Below are positions 1 through 9,654 of a DNA stretch of 64,000 bases, in pieces. The stretch is from an uncultured Frankiaceae bacterium. Lineage in GTDB: Bacteria > Actinomycetota > Actinomycetes > BP-191. The first letter of the stretch is position 1; the number at the start of each line of letters is the position of its first letter. The notes under the pieces are model-generated. The model saw only the letters and a list, made by a program, of their open reading frames with translations, had not been told where the DNA came from and ran no database searches. The DNA is taken from NCBI GenBank assembly GCA_964651395.1, contig CAZYXZ010000005.1, forward strand, positions 5,007 to 69,006. The letters are read 5' to 3'. The position numbers were made by a program, and so were the translations under genes.

Positions 1-1
1 C

Positions 2-1474
2 AAGGCGTTGCTGCCGCTGGCCGACCGGGCCGGCCTGCTGGTCTATCAGGACTTTCCGCTGCAGTGGTCCTACGACCCTGCCGGCCCGCCCCTGCGTGAG
101 GGTCTGCCCGGATTCGCCGACGCCTCGACCCAGCTCGCCGCCGAGCTGGTCTACGACCTCTACAACCATCCCTGCCTCGTGTACTGGTGCGGCCACAACG
201 AGCCGGCGTACCAGCTGGCCGAGGCCTTCGCGACGGCGGAGATGCCGGAGCTGCAGAGCCTCATGGACAAGATGGCGGCGTATCCCGACGAGCGGGAGCT
301 CGACGAGCGCCGCGGCGCCGTCCTCGCCCACGTCGACCCGTCGCGTCCGTCGTTCAGTGCCTCTGGCCTCGGTGCCAGCCGCGACGAGGGCGACGTGCAC
401 GACTACGCCGGGTCGCTCTCCGGCGGGCACGTGACCCGCGGGATGGCCGGCAAGACGGCGTTCGTGAGCGAGTACGGCGCCTGGTCGGCGAACCCGTCGG
501 CGGTCGAGGCCGCCGTCGGGGCCCGCGGCGACTGGCCGCCCGGGCCCGAGAGCGAGCCGGACTGGCACGGGCGCACGCACCTCGTGGCGACGCAGTCGAT
601 GTTCGCCGGCCGCCCGGACCGCTTCGCCGACTTCCCGACGTGGTGCTTCGCGGGTCAGCTGTGGGCCGGATGGCACGCGAAGGTGTTCACCGAGGCCGCG
701 CGCCTCGCCAAGTACGCACCGAGCGGCGGCGCTCGCTACCACTTCTTCGTCGACCACTGGGGTCAGGGCGGCGCCGGTGTCGTCGACCGGCACCGCACGA
801 CCGGTCCGGCGTACCGCGGACTGGCCGCGGCCAACCGGCCGGTCATCGCGTTGGCACCGTTCCCCCCGGACGGGGTCGTGCGGCCCGGCACAGCCGTCCG
901 GCTACCGGTGTTCGCGGTCAACGACCGCCACGACGCGACGCGACGGGTGCCCCTGCACTGGCGGTTGGCACAGCTCGGCCCGGGAGACGCCTTTCTCGTC
1001 GGGCGCGACGTGCCGCATCAGCTGGGCGCGCTGCAGAGCGAGCTGGCCGCGGAGCAGCACTGCGCCGTCCTGCCGCGCGCCGGCGGGCGCACGCTGCTCA
1101 GCGGGGAGGTGGACGTCGAGCTCACCCCCGACTCGTGCCAGCAGGTGGCCGAGGTGTCCTGGACGGCCGATGTCGAGGGGCCGGTCGCGCTCTTCCTCGA
1201 GCTCGACGGACACGTCGGCTGGACCTCCTTCGTCGTCGCCGACGAGCACTGGCGTCCTGTGCCGGGGCTGGCCGGCCCGAGCCGTTTCTCCGTCGTGACG
1301 GAGCTGGCTCGGCCGCTGCGCCGGCGGTGGACCGGTGACGTGGTCGACCCGGCAGCCGCACCGCCCGACCAGTACCTGCTCGGCGACGTGGCGATCGACG
1401 TCTGGGACGACGTGACCGTCGACGCCTCCGGCGTCGTGAAGAGCAACCCCCTGCCCTGGCCGGACCCGCTGTAG
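2..1474 (+). CDS. Glycoside hydrolase family 2-like protein, C-terminal part (5' end lies outside the window)
   Basis: ORF 8..1474 is open to the window edge. The motif LVYWCGHNEP resembles the GH2 TIM-barrel catalytic region (NHPSIIMWSxGNE-type). GC3-rich codons. Confidence 0.55.
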   Translation, partial: KALLPLADRAGLLVYQDFPLQWSYDPAGPPLREGLPGFADASTQLAAELVYDLYNHPCLVYWCGHNEPAYQLAEAFATAEMPELQSLMDKMAAYPDERELDERRGAVLAHVDPSRPSFSASGLGASRDEGDVHDYAGSLSGGHVTRGMAGKTAFVSEYGAWSANPSAVEAAVGARGDWPPGPESEPDWHGRTHLVATQSMFAGRPDRFADFPTWCFAGQLWAGWHAKVFTEAARLAKYAPSGGARYHFFVDHWGQGGAGVVDRHRTTGPAYRGLAAANRPVIALAPFPPDGVVRPGTAVRLPVFAVNDRHDATRRVPLHWRLAQLGPGDAFLVGRDVPHQLGALQSELAAEQHCAVLPRAGGRTLLSGEVDVELTPDSCQQVAEVSWTADVEGPVALFLELDGHVGWTSFVVADEHWRPVPGLAGPSRFSVVTELARPLRRRWTGDVVDPAAAPPDQYLLGDVAIDVWDDVTVDASGVVKSNPLPWPDPL

Positions 1475-1484
1475 CAGGTTGCTC

Positions 1485-2366
1485 CTAGCGCTGGATGGCG
1501 TCCGAGTAAGGCGTCAGGTCGATGCCGGGGTAGCGCTCGCTGTTGCGCAGCACGGTCTCCTCGGTCCAGTACGGGTCGCCGGGCATCGGGATGCCGAGGA
1601 GGCTGCGCTGCTTGGGCGTCGCCTCCGTCACGAACTGCTTCATCGCCGGCAACGAGCTGGACTGCCAGAAGGACTGGAAGCCCATCCACTCCTTGCCGGC
1701 GCCGCGGAACGCGGTGTGCAGGCTGAGCCGCTGGGCCTGCGTCGCCAGCATTCGGGAGCCGCGGTGCAGGGTGCGCATCGAGTAGATGAGCACCGACCCG
1801 GCCGTGACGACGACTGGCTCCTCGAGCTCATAGAGCTCAGGCCGCTCCTCCCGCATCCGAAAGCCGAGCCCGTGGCTGTCCGACAGGTCCTCGTGCTGCC
1901 GCGAGAGAACGTGAGTGGGGCCGTCCTCGAGGGTGACGTCGCTCAAGTAGATGATCATCGGCAGGTAGGCGAACACACCGTCGTCGCGGGGCCAGAGCAG
2001 CGTGTTGTTGTGGTGGTCCGAGTGCAGCGGCTGCTCGAAGTCGTGCCCGCCCGGGTATTTCGACCACAGCGCCCCGACCGTCATGAACAGCTCGTCTGTG
2101 CCCATGACGCGCTCGGCGAAGTCGACGAGGTCGTCGTGGACGCACAGCTGGTTCAGCACCCGGCCGTCGAACGGGAAGTCAGCGTGGGCGAACGGCACGA
2201 GCATGTGCTCGTAGCGTGGCCGGTTTCGCGCGAACTCCTCGTAGGGCGGGAAGTAGTGGAACGCCTCGTCCCTGGCGGCCGCGACGGTGGCCGGGTCGAA
2301 CAGCTCGCTGATCACGACGTAGCCGTGCTTGAACCAGTGGTCGACGTGCTCGTCGTGGATCGGCAT
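1485..2366 (-). CDS. Phytanoyl-CoA dioxygenase (PhyH) family Fe(II)/2OG oxygenase
   Basis: 293 aa. PhyH-like layout with HSDHH (HxD) and a distal His. Compact ORF with GC3 bias. Confidence 0.65.
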   Translation of the reverse strand: MPIHDEHVDHWFKHGYVVISELFDPATVAAARDEAFHYFPPYEEFARNRPRYEHMLVPFAHADFPFDGRVLNQLCVHDDLVDFAERVMGTDELFMTVGALWSKYPGGHDFEQPLHSDHHNNTLLWPRDDGVFAYLPMIIYLSDVTLEDGPTHVLSRQHEDLSDSHGLGFRMREERPELYELEEPVVVTAGSVLIYSMRTLHRGSRMLATQAQRLSLHTAFRGAGKEWMGFQSFWQSSSLPAMKQFVTEATPKQRSLLGIPMPGDPYWTEETVLRNSERYPGIDLTPYSDAIQR

Positions 2367-2387
2367 CCTGATCCCCTGACCCGGAAC

Positions 2388-2415
2388 CTTGACGCTACCG
2401 ATGTTAGTGCATAAT
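2388..2415 (+). promoter_or_regulatory. Candidate sigma70-like promoter (TTGACG, 15 nt, CATAAT) in an unusually AT-rich patch
   Basis: cttgacgctaccgatgttagtgcataatagtt sits in the divergent region between the PhyH-like gene and the ABC permease. It also contains the 13-mer CGATGTTAGTGCA that recurs at 13291. Confidence 0.3.
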
Positions 2416-2436
2416 AGTTACCAACGTGGACAGGGG

Positions 2437-4521
2437 ATGTTGAGCGAGGCCTTAGCGGCGCGTCGGAGGACGCTCGTCACCGGTGCGGCGATCCTCATCG
2501 CCTACGTCCTGGCGGCGGGATATCTCCCCCACGGGCTGCCCTCCGGAATCGTCCTCCTCGGTGTGACGATCGGCCTGATCAACGCCCTCGGCGCGATCGG
2601 TCTGATCCTCGTGTACCGAGCCGGCAAGTACATCAACTTCGCACACGGCGGCATCGGCGCTGCGGGTGCCGTCCTCACCTTCCAGCTGATCAACTACTAC
2701 CGCTGGAACTGGTACGTCTCGGTCGCCGTCGGGCTCCTCGTCGCGGTCAGCCTGGCCGTGCTGGCGGAGGTCTTCTTCATCCAACGGCTGTTCAAGTCGC
2801 CCCGACTCATCCTCACCGTCGCGACGATCGGTATCGCCCAGTTCGTCGCGTTCTTCGAGTTCGGCTTCAAGCTTCTCAAGGGCAGCAACGTCACGTTCAC
2901 GAGCATCAAGACCGATCCGCCGCTCAAGGCCAGCTTCCACCTCACCGGCGTCAAGTTCAGCGGGGGGCACATCCTCGTGCTGATCGTGGTCCCGCTGATC
3001 CTGCTGGGCTTCACCGTCTTCTTCCGCCGTTCGCGCTACGGGTCGGTCGTCCAGGCGGCGGCGGAGAACTCCGACCGGGCCCGGCTGCTCGGCGTCTCCG
3101 TGCGCTCCATCTCGACGATGACCTGGCTGGTCATCGGTCTGCTGTCCGGACTCACCGCCATCCTCGCCGCGCCGGTGACCGGGCTGAACGTCGGTGGCGC
3201 CTCCGGCCCCGGCCTGCTGCTGCGCGCGCTGGCGCCGGCGATGATCGCGCGGCTCGAGCGGCTGCCGACGGCAGTCGTCGCTGCCATCCTGCTCGGCATC
3301 GGTGAGCAGGCGCTGGCATTCAACCTGCGGTCGTCCGGTCCGATCGACCTGTTGCTCTTCCTGGTCATCCTCCTGGTGCTCGTCACGCGTCGTGGCGCCG
3401 GGGGCCGCACCACCGAGGCCGAGGAGCGGTCGTTCGCCGTCTCCACCACGGTCCGCGTCTTCCCCCGCGAGCTGGCCCGTGAGCTCCCGTTGCGGATCGC
3501 GCGGATCGGCTGGCTGGTCGCCATGCTGCTCCTCGTCCTCGTCGTACCGGCCCAGATGCGGCTGTCGACGCAGCAGCTGGCGACGGCTCTGGTCGCCATC
3601 GCGATCGGCTGCCTGTCCATCACCGTCCTGACCGGCATGGCCGGCCAGGTGTCGCTCGGCCAGTGGGCGGTGGTCGGCGCGGGCGCGCTCTTCGGCGGCG
3701 CCCTGGCCAGCCAGCACGACCTGCCGTTCGAGCTCGGGCTGTTCTTCATCCCGCTGGCCGGCGCGCTGCTGTCGCTCTTCATGGGCCTGTCCGCCCTGCG
3801 GATCCGCGGGATCTTCTTCGGCGTGACCACGCTCGGGTTCGCCGTGGCAGCGCACTCCTACCTGTTCCAGCGTTCCTGGTTCCACGTCGACGGCTTCGTC
3901 GACCGGCCCGCCTGGCTGGAGGGCCAGCTGGCCTACTTCTACTTCAGCCTCGCGATGCTGCTGCTGTGCATGCTCATGGTCGGCAACGTCCGCCGCAGCT
4001 CCATCGGCCGGGCGATGGTGGCGGTCCGCGACAACGACCGGGCGGCGGCGTCGTACGGCATCGGCCAGGTCGGCGCGAAGCTGGCGGCCTTCGCGCTGAG
4101 CGGCTTCCTGGCCTCGCTGGCCGGCTACCTCTACCTCTACAACGACACGCGCCCCGGTGCTGGGAACTTCGCGCCGCTGACGTCGCTCCTGCTCTTCTCC
4201 GCCGTCGTCATCGGCGGGCTGGGCTCGCAGACCGGCGCCATCCTTGGCGCGATCTACTTCCGCGGCGTCCAGTACTTCTTCCCCGACTACATGCAGTTCC
4301 TCGCGACCAGCCTGGGTCTGCTCATGATCCTGCTGTTCCTGCCGGGCGGCATCGGCAGCCTCTTCTTCGGCGCGCGCGACGCGCTGCTCCGCCGGTACGC
4401 GAAGGCGCGGGGCATCCGCGTGCCGTCGCTGGTCGCCGACACACGCGAGGTCGACGACGACGACGGGCCCGACGAGCACAGCAACCGACAGCTGACGCTG
4501 GCGCAGGGTGACGCCTCATGA
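2437..4521 (+). CDS. Branched-chain-amino-acid-type ABC transporter permease, fused LivH-LivM-like double domain
   Basis: About 690 aa, highly hydrophobic, with two permease-like halves. Start moved to the ATG at 2437 (GACAGGGG RBS) because the 2389..2436 stretch is the AT-rich promoter-like segment. Stop overlaps the next gene start (ATGA). Confidence 0.7.
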   Translation: MLSEALAARRRTLVTGAAILIAYVLAAGYLPHGLPSGIVLLGVTIGLINALGAIGLILVYRAGKYINFAHGGIGAAGAVLTFQLINYYRWNWYVSVAVGLLVAVSLAVLAEVFFIQRLFKSPRLILTVATIGIAQFVAFFEFGFKLLKGSNVTFTSIKTDPPLKASFHLTGVKFSGGHILVLIVVPLILLGFTVFFRRSRYGSVVQAAAENSDRARLLGVSVRSISTMTWLVIGLLSGLTAILAAPVTGLNVGGASGPGLLLRALAPAMIARLERLPTAVVAAILLGIGEQALAFNLRSSGPIDLLLFLVILLVLVTRRGAGGRTTEAEERSFAVSTTVRVFPRELARELPLRIARIGWLVAMLLLVLVVPAQMRLSTQQLATALVAIAIGCLSITVLTGMAGQVSLGQWAVVGAGALFGGALASQHDLPFELGLFFIPLAGALLSLFMGLSALRIRGIFFGVTTLGFAVAAHSYLFQRSWFHVDGFVDRPAWLEGQLAYFYFSLAMLLLCMLMVGNVRRSSIGRAMVAVRDNDRAAASYGIGQVGAKLAAFALSGFLASLAGYLYLYNDTRPGAGNFAPLTSLLLFSAVVIGGLGSQTGAILGAIYFRGVQYFFPDYMQFLATSLGLLMILLFLPGGIGSLFFGARDALLRRYAKARGIRVPSLVADTREVDDDDGPDEHSNRQLTLAQGDAS

Positions 4522-6575
4522 GTATCCGGTCGCGACTGCGCGAGAGCCTGCACGGGACGTCCGGCTTCCCGGCCTTCGTCCTGTCGACGTACAACGGCAT
4601 CGACGAGTTCGACATGGCCGCGACGGCGATTCTCGCGCCGGAGATCGTTGCCGAGTTCCACTCCGATGCCGCCACGTACGGCTACCTGATCATCCCGCAG
4701 GTGCTCGTCGGGTTCCTCCTGCCCATCCTCATCGGCTACGCGGCCGACCGGCGCAGCCGGGTCAAGATGACCGTCGTCGGCGGCACGCTGTGGGTCGCGT
4801 CGGCGATCCTCAGCGCGGTCAGCCCCACCATCGCCGCGTTCGCTCTCTTCCGGTTGTTCTCCGTCGTGGCGAAGGGCTTCAGCCCGGTCCATCTGAGCCT
4901 GCTGGCCGACTACTACCCCACGAAGGTCCGTGGTTTCGCCTACGCGAGCTACAACGCGGCGAACCGCGTCGGGCACGCGCTCGGCCTGCTCGTGGTGGGC
5001 TTCCTCGGACAGTGGTTCGGCTGGCGGTGGGCGCTCATCGCCGTCGCGGTCCCCGGTGCCGTCTTCACTCTCCTCGCACTCCGGCTCAAGGAGCCGGTAC
5101 GCGGCCAGATCGAGGCGGACGAGGCCGGCGCCGACGAGGTCGCGGTGGCCAGCCCGATCGGCCCGATCCGGGCCGCGCGGTTGCTGCTGAAGACGCCGTC
5201 GTTCAAGCGCCTGTGCTGGGCAACCGCGTGGGTCTTCGCGGCCATCGCAGGCAGCGGCGTCGCGCTGAGCTTCTACTTCAGCAGCGTCTTCAACGTGTCC
5301 CCGTCGATGCGCGGCGTCTTCCAGTTCCTGACCGTCCCTGCCAGCGTGGGCACGCTTTACCTCGGCGGCGCGGTCGGCCAGCGGCTGCTCGCCCGGGGCC
5401 GGGCGGACCTCGTGGCCAAGCTGAGCGCTGTCGTCAACGTCCTCGGCGGAGTCTGCTTCGCGCTCCTCGCCTTCGCGCCCAACGTCGCGTCGGCCGTCCT
5501 CGTCATGGTGCTGCTCCAGGCAGTGCTGGCGCTGCCAGGCGTGGCACTGCAGCTGCTGGTCGCGCAGATCGTGCCGCCGCACGTCCGTTCGCAGGCGTTC
5601 GGGCTCTTCGGGTTCTTCCTCTACGTGCTCACGCCGGTCGCGCTCATCTTCGGCCTGCCGCTCGGTGACCGGGTCGGCTTCCGCTACGCCGTCCTGGTCT
5701 TCTCACCCTGCCTGCTCGTGGCGGCGTACTTCACCTTCCGCGCCGGGCAGAGCATCCGCGGAGACATCGCGCGGACGCAGGGTGTCGCCCTCGCGGCCGC
5801 GGAGGCGCGGCAGCGCAAGGCGGCAGGTGAGAAGGGCGCGGTGCTCGTGGCCCGGGGCATCGACGCCGGCTACGGCACGGTGCAGATCCTCTTCAACGTC
5901 GACATGTACGTCGCGGACGGCGAGATCGTGGCGCTGCTCGGAACCAATGGCGCCGGGAAGTCGACGATGCTCAAGGCGATCAGCGGCCTGCTCACACCGA
6001 CGTCGGGCGGCATCTTCCTCGACGGCGAGGACGTGACCGGCCTGGACGCCGAGGTGACGGCTTCCCGCGGGATCATCCAGGTGCCAGGTGGACGCGGCGT
6101 GTTCCCCGGTCTGAGCGTCCGGCGCAACCTCGACCTCGGCACCTACATGTACTGGGACGACAAGGACTACTGCGAGGCGGCGCGCGCCGACGTGATCGAG
6201 CTCTTCCCGCGCCTCGGCGAGCGGCTGGACCAGCTGGCCGGCACGCTCTCCGGTGGGGAGCAGCAGATGCTCACCCTGGCGCAAGCGTTCATGAGCAAGC
6301 CGCGCATCATGATGATCGACGAGCTCTCCCTCGGGCTCGCACCGGTCGTCGTCCAGGAGCTGCTCGTGGCGGTGCGCGAGATGAACGCGAGGGGCACGTC
6401 GCTGATCCTCGTCGAGCAGTCGGTGAACATCGCCATGACACTGGCGCATCGCGCGTACTTCATGGAGAAGGGCGAGGTGCGCTTCGAGGGGGCGACCTCG
6501 GAGCTGATGGGCCGCGACGACCTGCTCCGCTCGATCTTCCTCGAAGGGGCCACCTCGAAGATGGTGAAGACATGA
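4518..6575 (+). CDS. MFS-type membrane domain fused to a LivF-like ABC ATP-binding domain
   Basis: The N-terminal roughly 430 aa is polytopic with MFS motif A (GYAADRRSR). The C-terminal roughly 240 aa has Walker A GTNGAGKST, signature LSGGEQQ and Walker B MMIDE. Translationally coupled to both neighbours. Confidence 0.7.
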   Translation: MSIRSRLRESLHGTSGFPAFVLSTYNGIDEFDMAATAILAPEIVAEFHSDAATYGYLIIPQVLVGFLLPILIGYAADRRSRVKMTVVGGTLWVASAILSAVSPTIAAFALFRLFSVVAKGFSPVHLSLLADYYPTKVRGFAYASYNAANRVGHALGLLVVGFLGQWFGWRWALIAVAVPGAVFTLLALRLKEPVRGQIEADEAGADEVAVASPIGPIRAARLLLKTPSFKRLCWATAWVFAAIAGSGVALSFYFSSVFNVSPSMRGVFQFLTVPASVGTLYLGGAVGQRLLARGRADLVAKLSAVVNVLGGVCFALLAFAPNVASAVLVMVLLQAVLALPGVALQLLVAQIVPPHVRSQAFGLFGFFLYVLTPVALIFGLPLGDRVGFRYAVLVFSPCLLVAAYFTFRAGQSIRGDIARTQGVALAAAEARQRKAAGEKGAVLVARGIDAGYGTVQILFNVDMYVADGEIVALLGTNGAGKSTMLKAISGLLTPTSGGIFLDGEDVTGLDAEVTASRGIIQVPGGRGVFPGLSVRRNLDLGTYMYWDDKDYCEAARADVIELFPRLGERLDQLAGTLSGGEQQMLTLAQAFMSKPRIMMIDELSLGLAPVVVQELLVAVREMNARGTSLILVEQSVNIAMTLAHRAYFMEKGEVRFEGATSELMGRDDLLRSIFLEGATSKMVKT

Positions 6576-7552
6576 CCGCCGTACGCCGTGCCGCTGCTGT
6601 CCTGGGGCTCTCTGCTCTCGTGACGGGAGTCCTGCCGTTCACGTCGGCGACCGCCGCCGTGGCGCCGATGACGCTCAAGGTCAACAAGGCCACGTGGATG
6701 TGGACCGGCAGCGCGCAGCACCCCTACGGCACGTCGCATCCCGAGCTGCAGTACGTGATCTCGCAGGCCGACACGCCCACCGCCGAGACCCTCTACGCCT
6801 TCGACGTTGCGGCGCTCCGCGCCGCCGGCGCTGAGGTCACCCGGTTGACTCTGGTCGTCCCGGCCAGCACCGATCCGAGTGCCGGTGGCTTCGACCCCTT
6901 CAACGTCCCCGACGCGCCGGCGGACCTCAGTGCGCTGGTCTCCGACATCCGAGCGTGCCCGGTCACCTCCGACTGGGTCGCCGACCCGCCCGGACGCCCC
7001 GTCGACGCGGCCATCCAGTGGGACTGCAGCAAGGTGGCCTTCCCGGGGGCGCAGGCGCCCAGTGAAGCCGGGCCGACGTGGGTGTTCGACGTCACCGAGG
7101 CCGCCGCGGACTGGATCAACGGCAAGGCACCTGCGCAGGGATTGGTCCTGCTGCCGGTGCAGGGCCGCGGCACGTGGACCGTGCCGCTGATCGGCGCTCA
7201 GGCCACAGTCGTCGCCGAGTTCGGCGCGGCAACCTCCGGACCGGTCGACGTGCCGCCGCTGCCCGAGGTCGGACCGACCGGCCCGGTCGGTCCGGACACC
7301 CGGCCGGTGACCTCGCTCGGCGGTGGGGGTGGCTTCTCGCCCGCACCCGGCCCCGGGGTGGCATCGGCGGCGCCTGCCCCGGCCGTCGCCGCCGACAGCC
7401 CGCGGCCGGCCCTCGTCGCGGCGGTGACAGCGGCGCGAACCGTGCCGGCTGGCGTCGTCGCCGGGCTGCTCGTCCTGACCGGTCTCCTGGTCCTGGCCGT
7501 GCGCGAGCTGCGCCCGAGCCGTGCCGACGTCGATGACGAGGTGGCGCTGTGA
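6572..7552 (+). CDS. Secreted hypothetical protein with C-terminal membrane anchor
   Basis: Signal-peptide-like N-terminus (AVLGLSALVTGVLPFTSATAAVAP), a Pro/Gly-rich linker and a C-terminal hydrophobic segment. ATGA-type overlap with neighbours inside the ABC operon. Confidence 0.45.
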   Translation: MTAVRRAAAVLGLSALVTGVLPFTSATAAVAPMTLKVNKATWMWTGSAQHPYGTSHPELQYVISQADTPTAETLYAFDVAALRAAGAEVTRLTLVVPASTDPSAGGFDPFNVPDAPADLSALVSDIRACPVTSDWVADPPGRPVDAAIQWDCSKVAFPGAQAPSEAGPTWVFDVTEAAADWINGKAPAQGLVLLPVQGRGTWTVPLIGAQATVVAEFGAATSGPVDVPPLPEVGPTGPVGPDTRPVTSLGGGGGFSPAPGPGVASAAPAPAVAADSPRPALVAAVTAARTVPAGVVAGLLVLTGLLVLAVRELRPSRADVDDEVAL

Positions 7553-7905
7553 GGTCCCGTCCGACTCTCCCCGTCCTGGCCGCTGTCTTCGCCCTGGCCG
7601 GCCTGGTCGCCATCGTGCTCGGCCTCGACGCGGCCGCCGAGATGCCGTTGAACGCCGACCGGATCACCGTGCTGGTCGGCGTCTCGCTCGGCGGCCTCGC
7701 CTTCTTCGTCACCGCCGCGACGCTGTTCGCCGCCGACGCGCAGCGCCGGCTCGCGGAGCGCGCAGCCGAGTCGCGCGCCGCAGAGCTGGCGGCGCTGGTC
7801 GAGGCTGTGGAGGCGGTCGCTCACGTCGCGGAGCAGGCCACGGAGGTCGCGGCCGCGCCGCCGGTGAAGGCCGCGCCGCGACCCCGGCGCCGGAGCGGCA
7901 CATGA
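7549..7905 (+). CDS. Small membrane protein (hypothetical)
   Basis: 118 aa with two predicted TM helices. Its stop overlaps the start of the LivG-like gene (ATGA). Confidence 0.35.
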   Translation: MRSRPTLPVLAAVFALAGLVAIVLGLDAAAEMPLNADRITVLVGVSLGGLAFFVTAATLFAADAQRRLAERAAESRAAELAALVEAVEAVAHVAEQATEVAAAPPVKAAPRPRRRSGT

Positions 7906-8729
7906 GCGAGTGGTCGACCCAGGGCCCGATGGCCCTGCGCATCTCCGGGGTCGTCGTCCGCTTCGGCGGGCTCACCGCCGTCGATCTCGACGAGATGCTC
8001 GTACCCCGGGGCAGCGTCGTCGGCATCGTCGGCGCCAACGGGGCGGGGAAGACCACGCTCTTCGACGTCATCTCTGGGTTCGTCGAGCCGGCGGAGGGGT
8101 CGGTCGTGCTCGACGGCCGGACCGAGCTGGTCGGGATGAGCGCGGACGTACGTGCGCGTCGCGGTCTCGGGCGCAGCTTCCAGAACGCCTTGCTGTTCGA
8201 GTCCATGACCGTGGCACAGACGCTGGGTGTGGCGTACGCGCGCGCGTTGCGCGGTGGCAATCTGGTCGGCGCGATGCTCGGCCTGCACGCGCTGCGCGAG
8301 CGCGCGGTCCGCAGGCACGTCGACGAGCTCGTCGACCTCATGGGCCTCGGCTCGTTCTACGACAAGTTCATCCATGAGCTGTCCACCGGATCGCGGCGCA
8401 TCGTGGACCTGGCGTGCGTCCTCGCGCACAAGCCCCGTGTCCTGCTCCTCGACGAGCCGTCCAGCGGGATCGCGCAACGTGAGGTCGAGGCACTCGAGAG
8501 CCTGATCCGCCGGGTCAAGGAGTCCCTCGACTGCACCTTCCTCGTCATCGAACACGACATCCCGCTGATCCGCTCGCTCTCCGACGTGATGTATGCGATG
8601 GAGACCGGGCGGGTGATCGCCAGGGGGACACCCGACGAGGTGCTCAACGACGCGCGTGTCGTCGAGTCCTACCTCGGCACCGACGCGACCACCATCGCCC
8701 GTTCCGGCACCATGGGAGGCACCGCATGA
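7902..8729 (+). CDS. LivG-like ABC transporter ATP-binding protein
   Basis: Walker A GANGAGKTT, signature-like LSTGSRR and Walker B LLLDEP. Start set at the ATG at 7902, which overlaps the upstream stop; the longer 7521 ORF start gives a low-complexity Arg-rich leader. Confidence 0.75.
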   Translation: MSEWSTQGPMALRISGVVVRFGGLTAVDLDEMLVPRGSVVGIVGANGAGKTTLFDVISGFVEPAEGSVVLDGRTELVGMSADVRARRGLGRSFQNALLFESMTVAQTLGVAYARALRGGNLVGAMLGLHALRERAVRRHVDELVDLMGLGSFYDKFIHELSTGSRRIVDLACVLAHKPRVLLLDEPSSGIAQREVEALESLIRRVKESLDCTFLVIEHDIPLIRSLSDVMYAMETGRVIARGTPDEVLNDARVVESYLGTDATTIARSGTMGGTA

Positions 8730-9184
8730 CGGGAGCGATCGGCGTCCTGCGCTATCTGCAGGGTTGGCTCGGCATCGCCGTGATGGCCGCCGGCTACGCG
8801 ACGCTGGGCAGCTGCCTCGTCGGCTACCTGCTCGCCGAGGACGCGAACGACCGCATGGACCTGGCCATCGCCGGCGGCGCGACCGGACTCGGCCTGCTGG
8901 TCGTCGGCGCTGCGCTCGTGCTGAGCGAGCGATCGCGCGGCTTCGCCGAGGCGAGCGAGCGCACGCAGTCCGCGCTGCTCGAGCGGCTTCACGCCCTGAC
9001 CACCCGCGAGGCGCGGCCTGACCTGTTCTCGCTGCCGGAGCTGGTCCTCGCCTCCGGGCAGTCCTTTCACCGGCCGGACTGTCTGCTCGTCGCCGACAGG
9101 AGCGACCTGGCGGAGATGAAGTTCGTCGCGGCGCTGTCGAGTGGCCGGACCGCTTGCCGGCTCTGCCTGCGGGCGATCGCCTGA
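8726..9184 (+). CDS. Membrane protein (hypothetical)
   Basis: 152 aa with N-terminal TM helices. ATGA coupling to the LivG-like gene. Confidence 0.35.
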   Translation: MTGAIGVLRYLQGWLGIAVMAAGYATLGSCLVGYLLAEDANDRMDLAIAGGATGLGLLVVGAALVLSERSRGFAEASERTQSALLERLHALTTREARPDLFSLPELVLASGQSFHRPDCLLVADRSDLAEMKFVAALSSGRTACRLCLRAIA

Positions 9185-9654
9185 TGCGTCGCCTCACCGG
9201 CTGCCTGTCCGCCGTACTCGCCGTGCTCACGCTGGCGGCGTCGAGCGGGTGCTCGGTGGCGCTGCGGGCGGAGCAGGTGCAGGTGCGGGTGAACAACGAC
9301 GCCATGCTCCTGGACCTGCCGAAGGACCGCCCTATCAGGTCCGGCGAAGTCGTGATCAAGATCGAGAACTACACCTACGCCAAGCGGCAGATCGTCTTGG
9401 CCCGTACGTCGCTCGACCCGGGCGCGCTGCCGCAGAAGCTCGTGACGGCGCTGCGCGAGCAGGACCACAAGGACGTCGTGGCGGTCACCGCGGTCATGCG
9501 GTCGGCGAAGACGGAGCTGGTCGGCATCCTGCCGGGCACCGTGCCGTCGGTGACGACGCTGCACGTGAACCTCGTGCGCGGCGAGTCCTACCTGCTCTTC
9601 GACCGGCTCGGCGGCCTTGCGGCCGGCCAGGCGATCCGCATCACCGCCACCTAG
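9184..9654 (+). CDS. Putative lipoprotein
   Basis: Signal peptide followed by a lipobox-like AASSGC. 156 aa. Confidence 0.4.
   Translation: MRRLTGCLSAVLAVLTLAASSGCSVALRAEQVQVRVNNDAMLLDLPKDRPIRSGEVVIKIENYTYAKRQIVLARTSLDPGALPQKLVTALREQDHKDVVAVTAVMRSAKTELVGILPGTVPSVTTLHVNLVRGESYLLFDRLGGLAAGQAIRITAT

Noticed and set aside
2452-4479. 675-aa minus-strand ORF antisense to the ABC permease
   Set aside because: The translation is D/E/R/Q-rich low-complexity with no motifs. It is exactly the GC-rich antisense shadow of a well-supported membrane permease gene.
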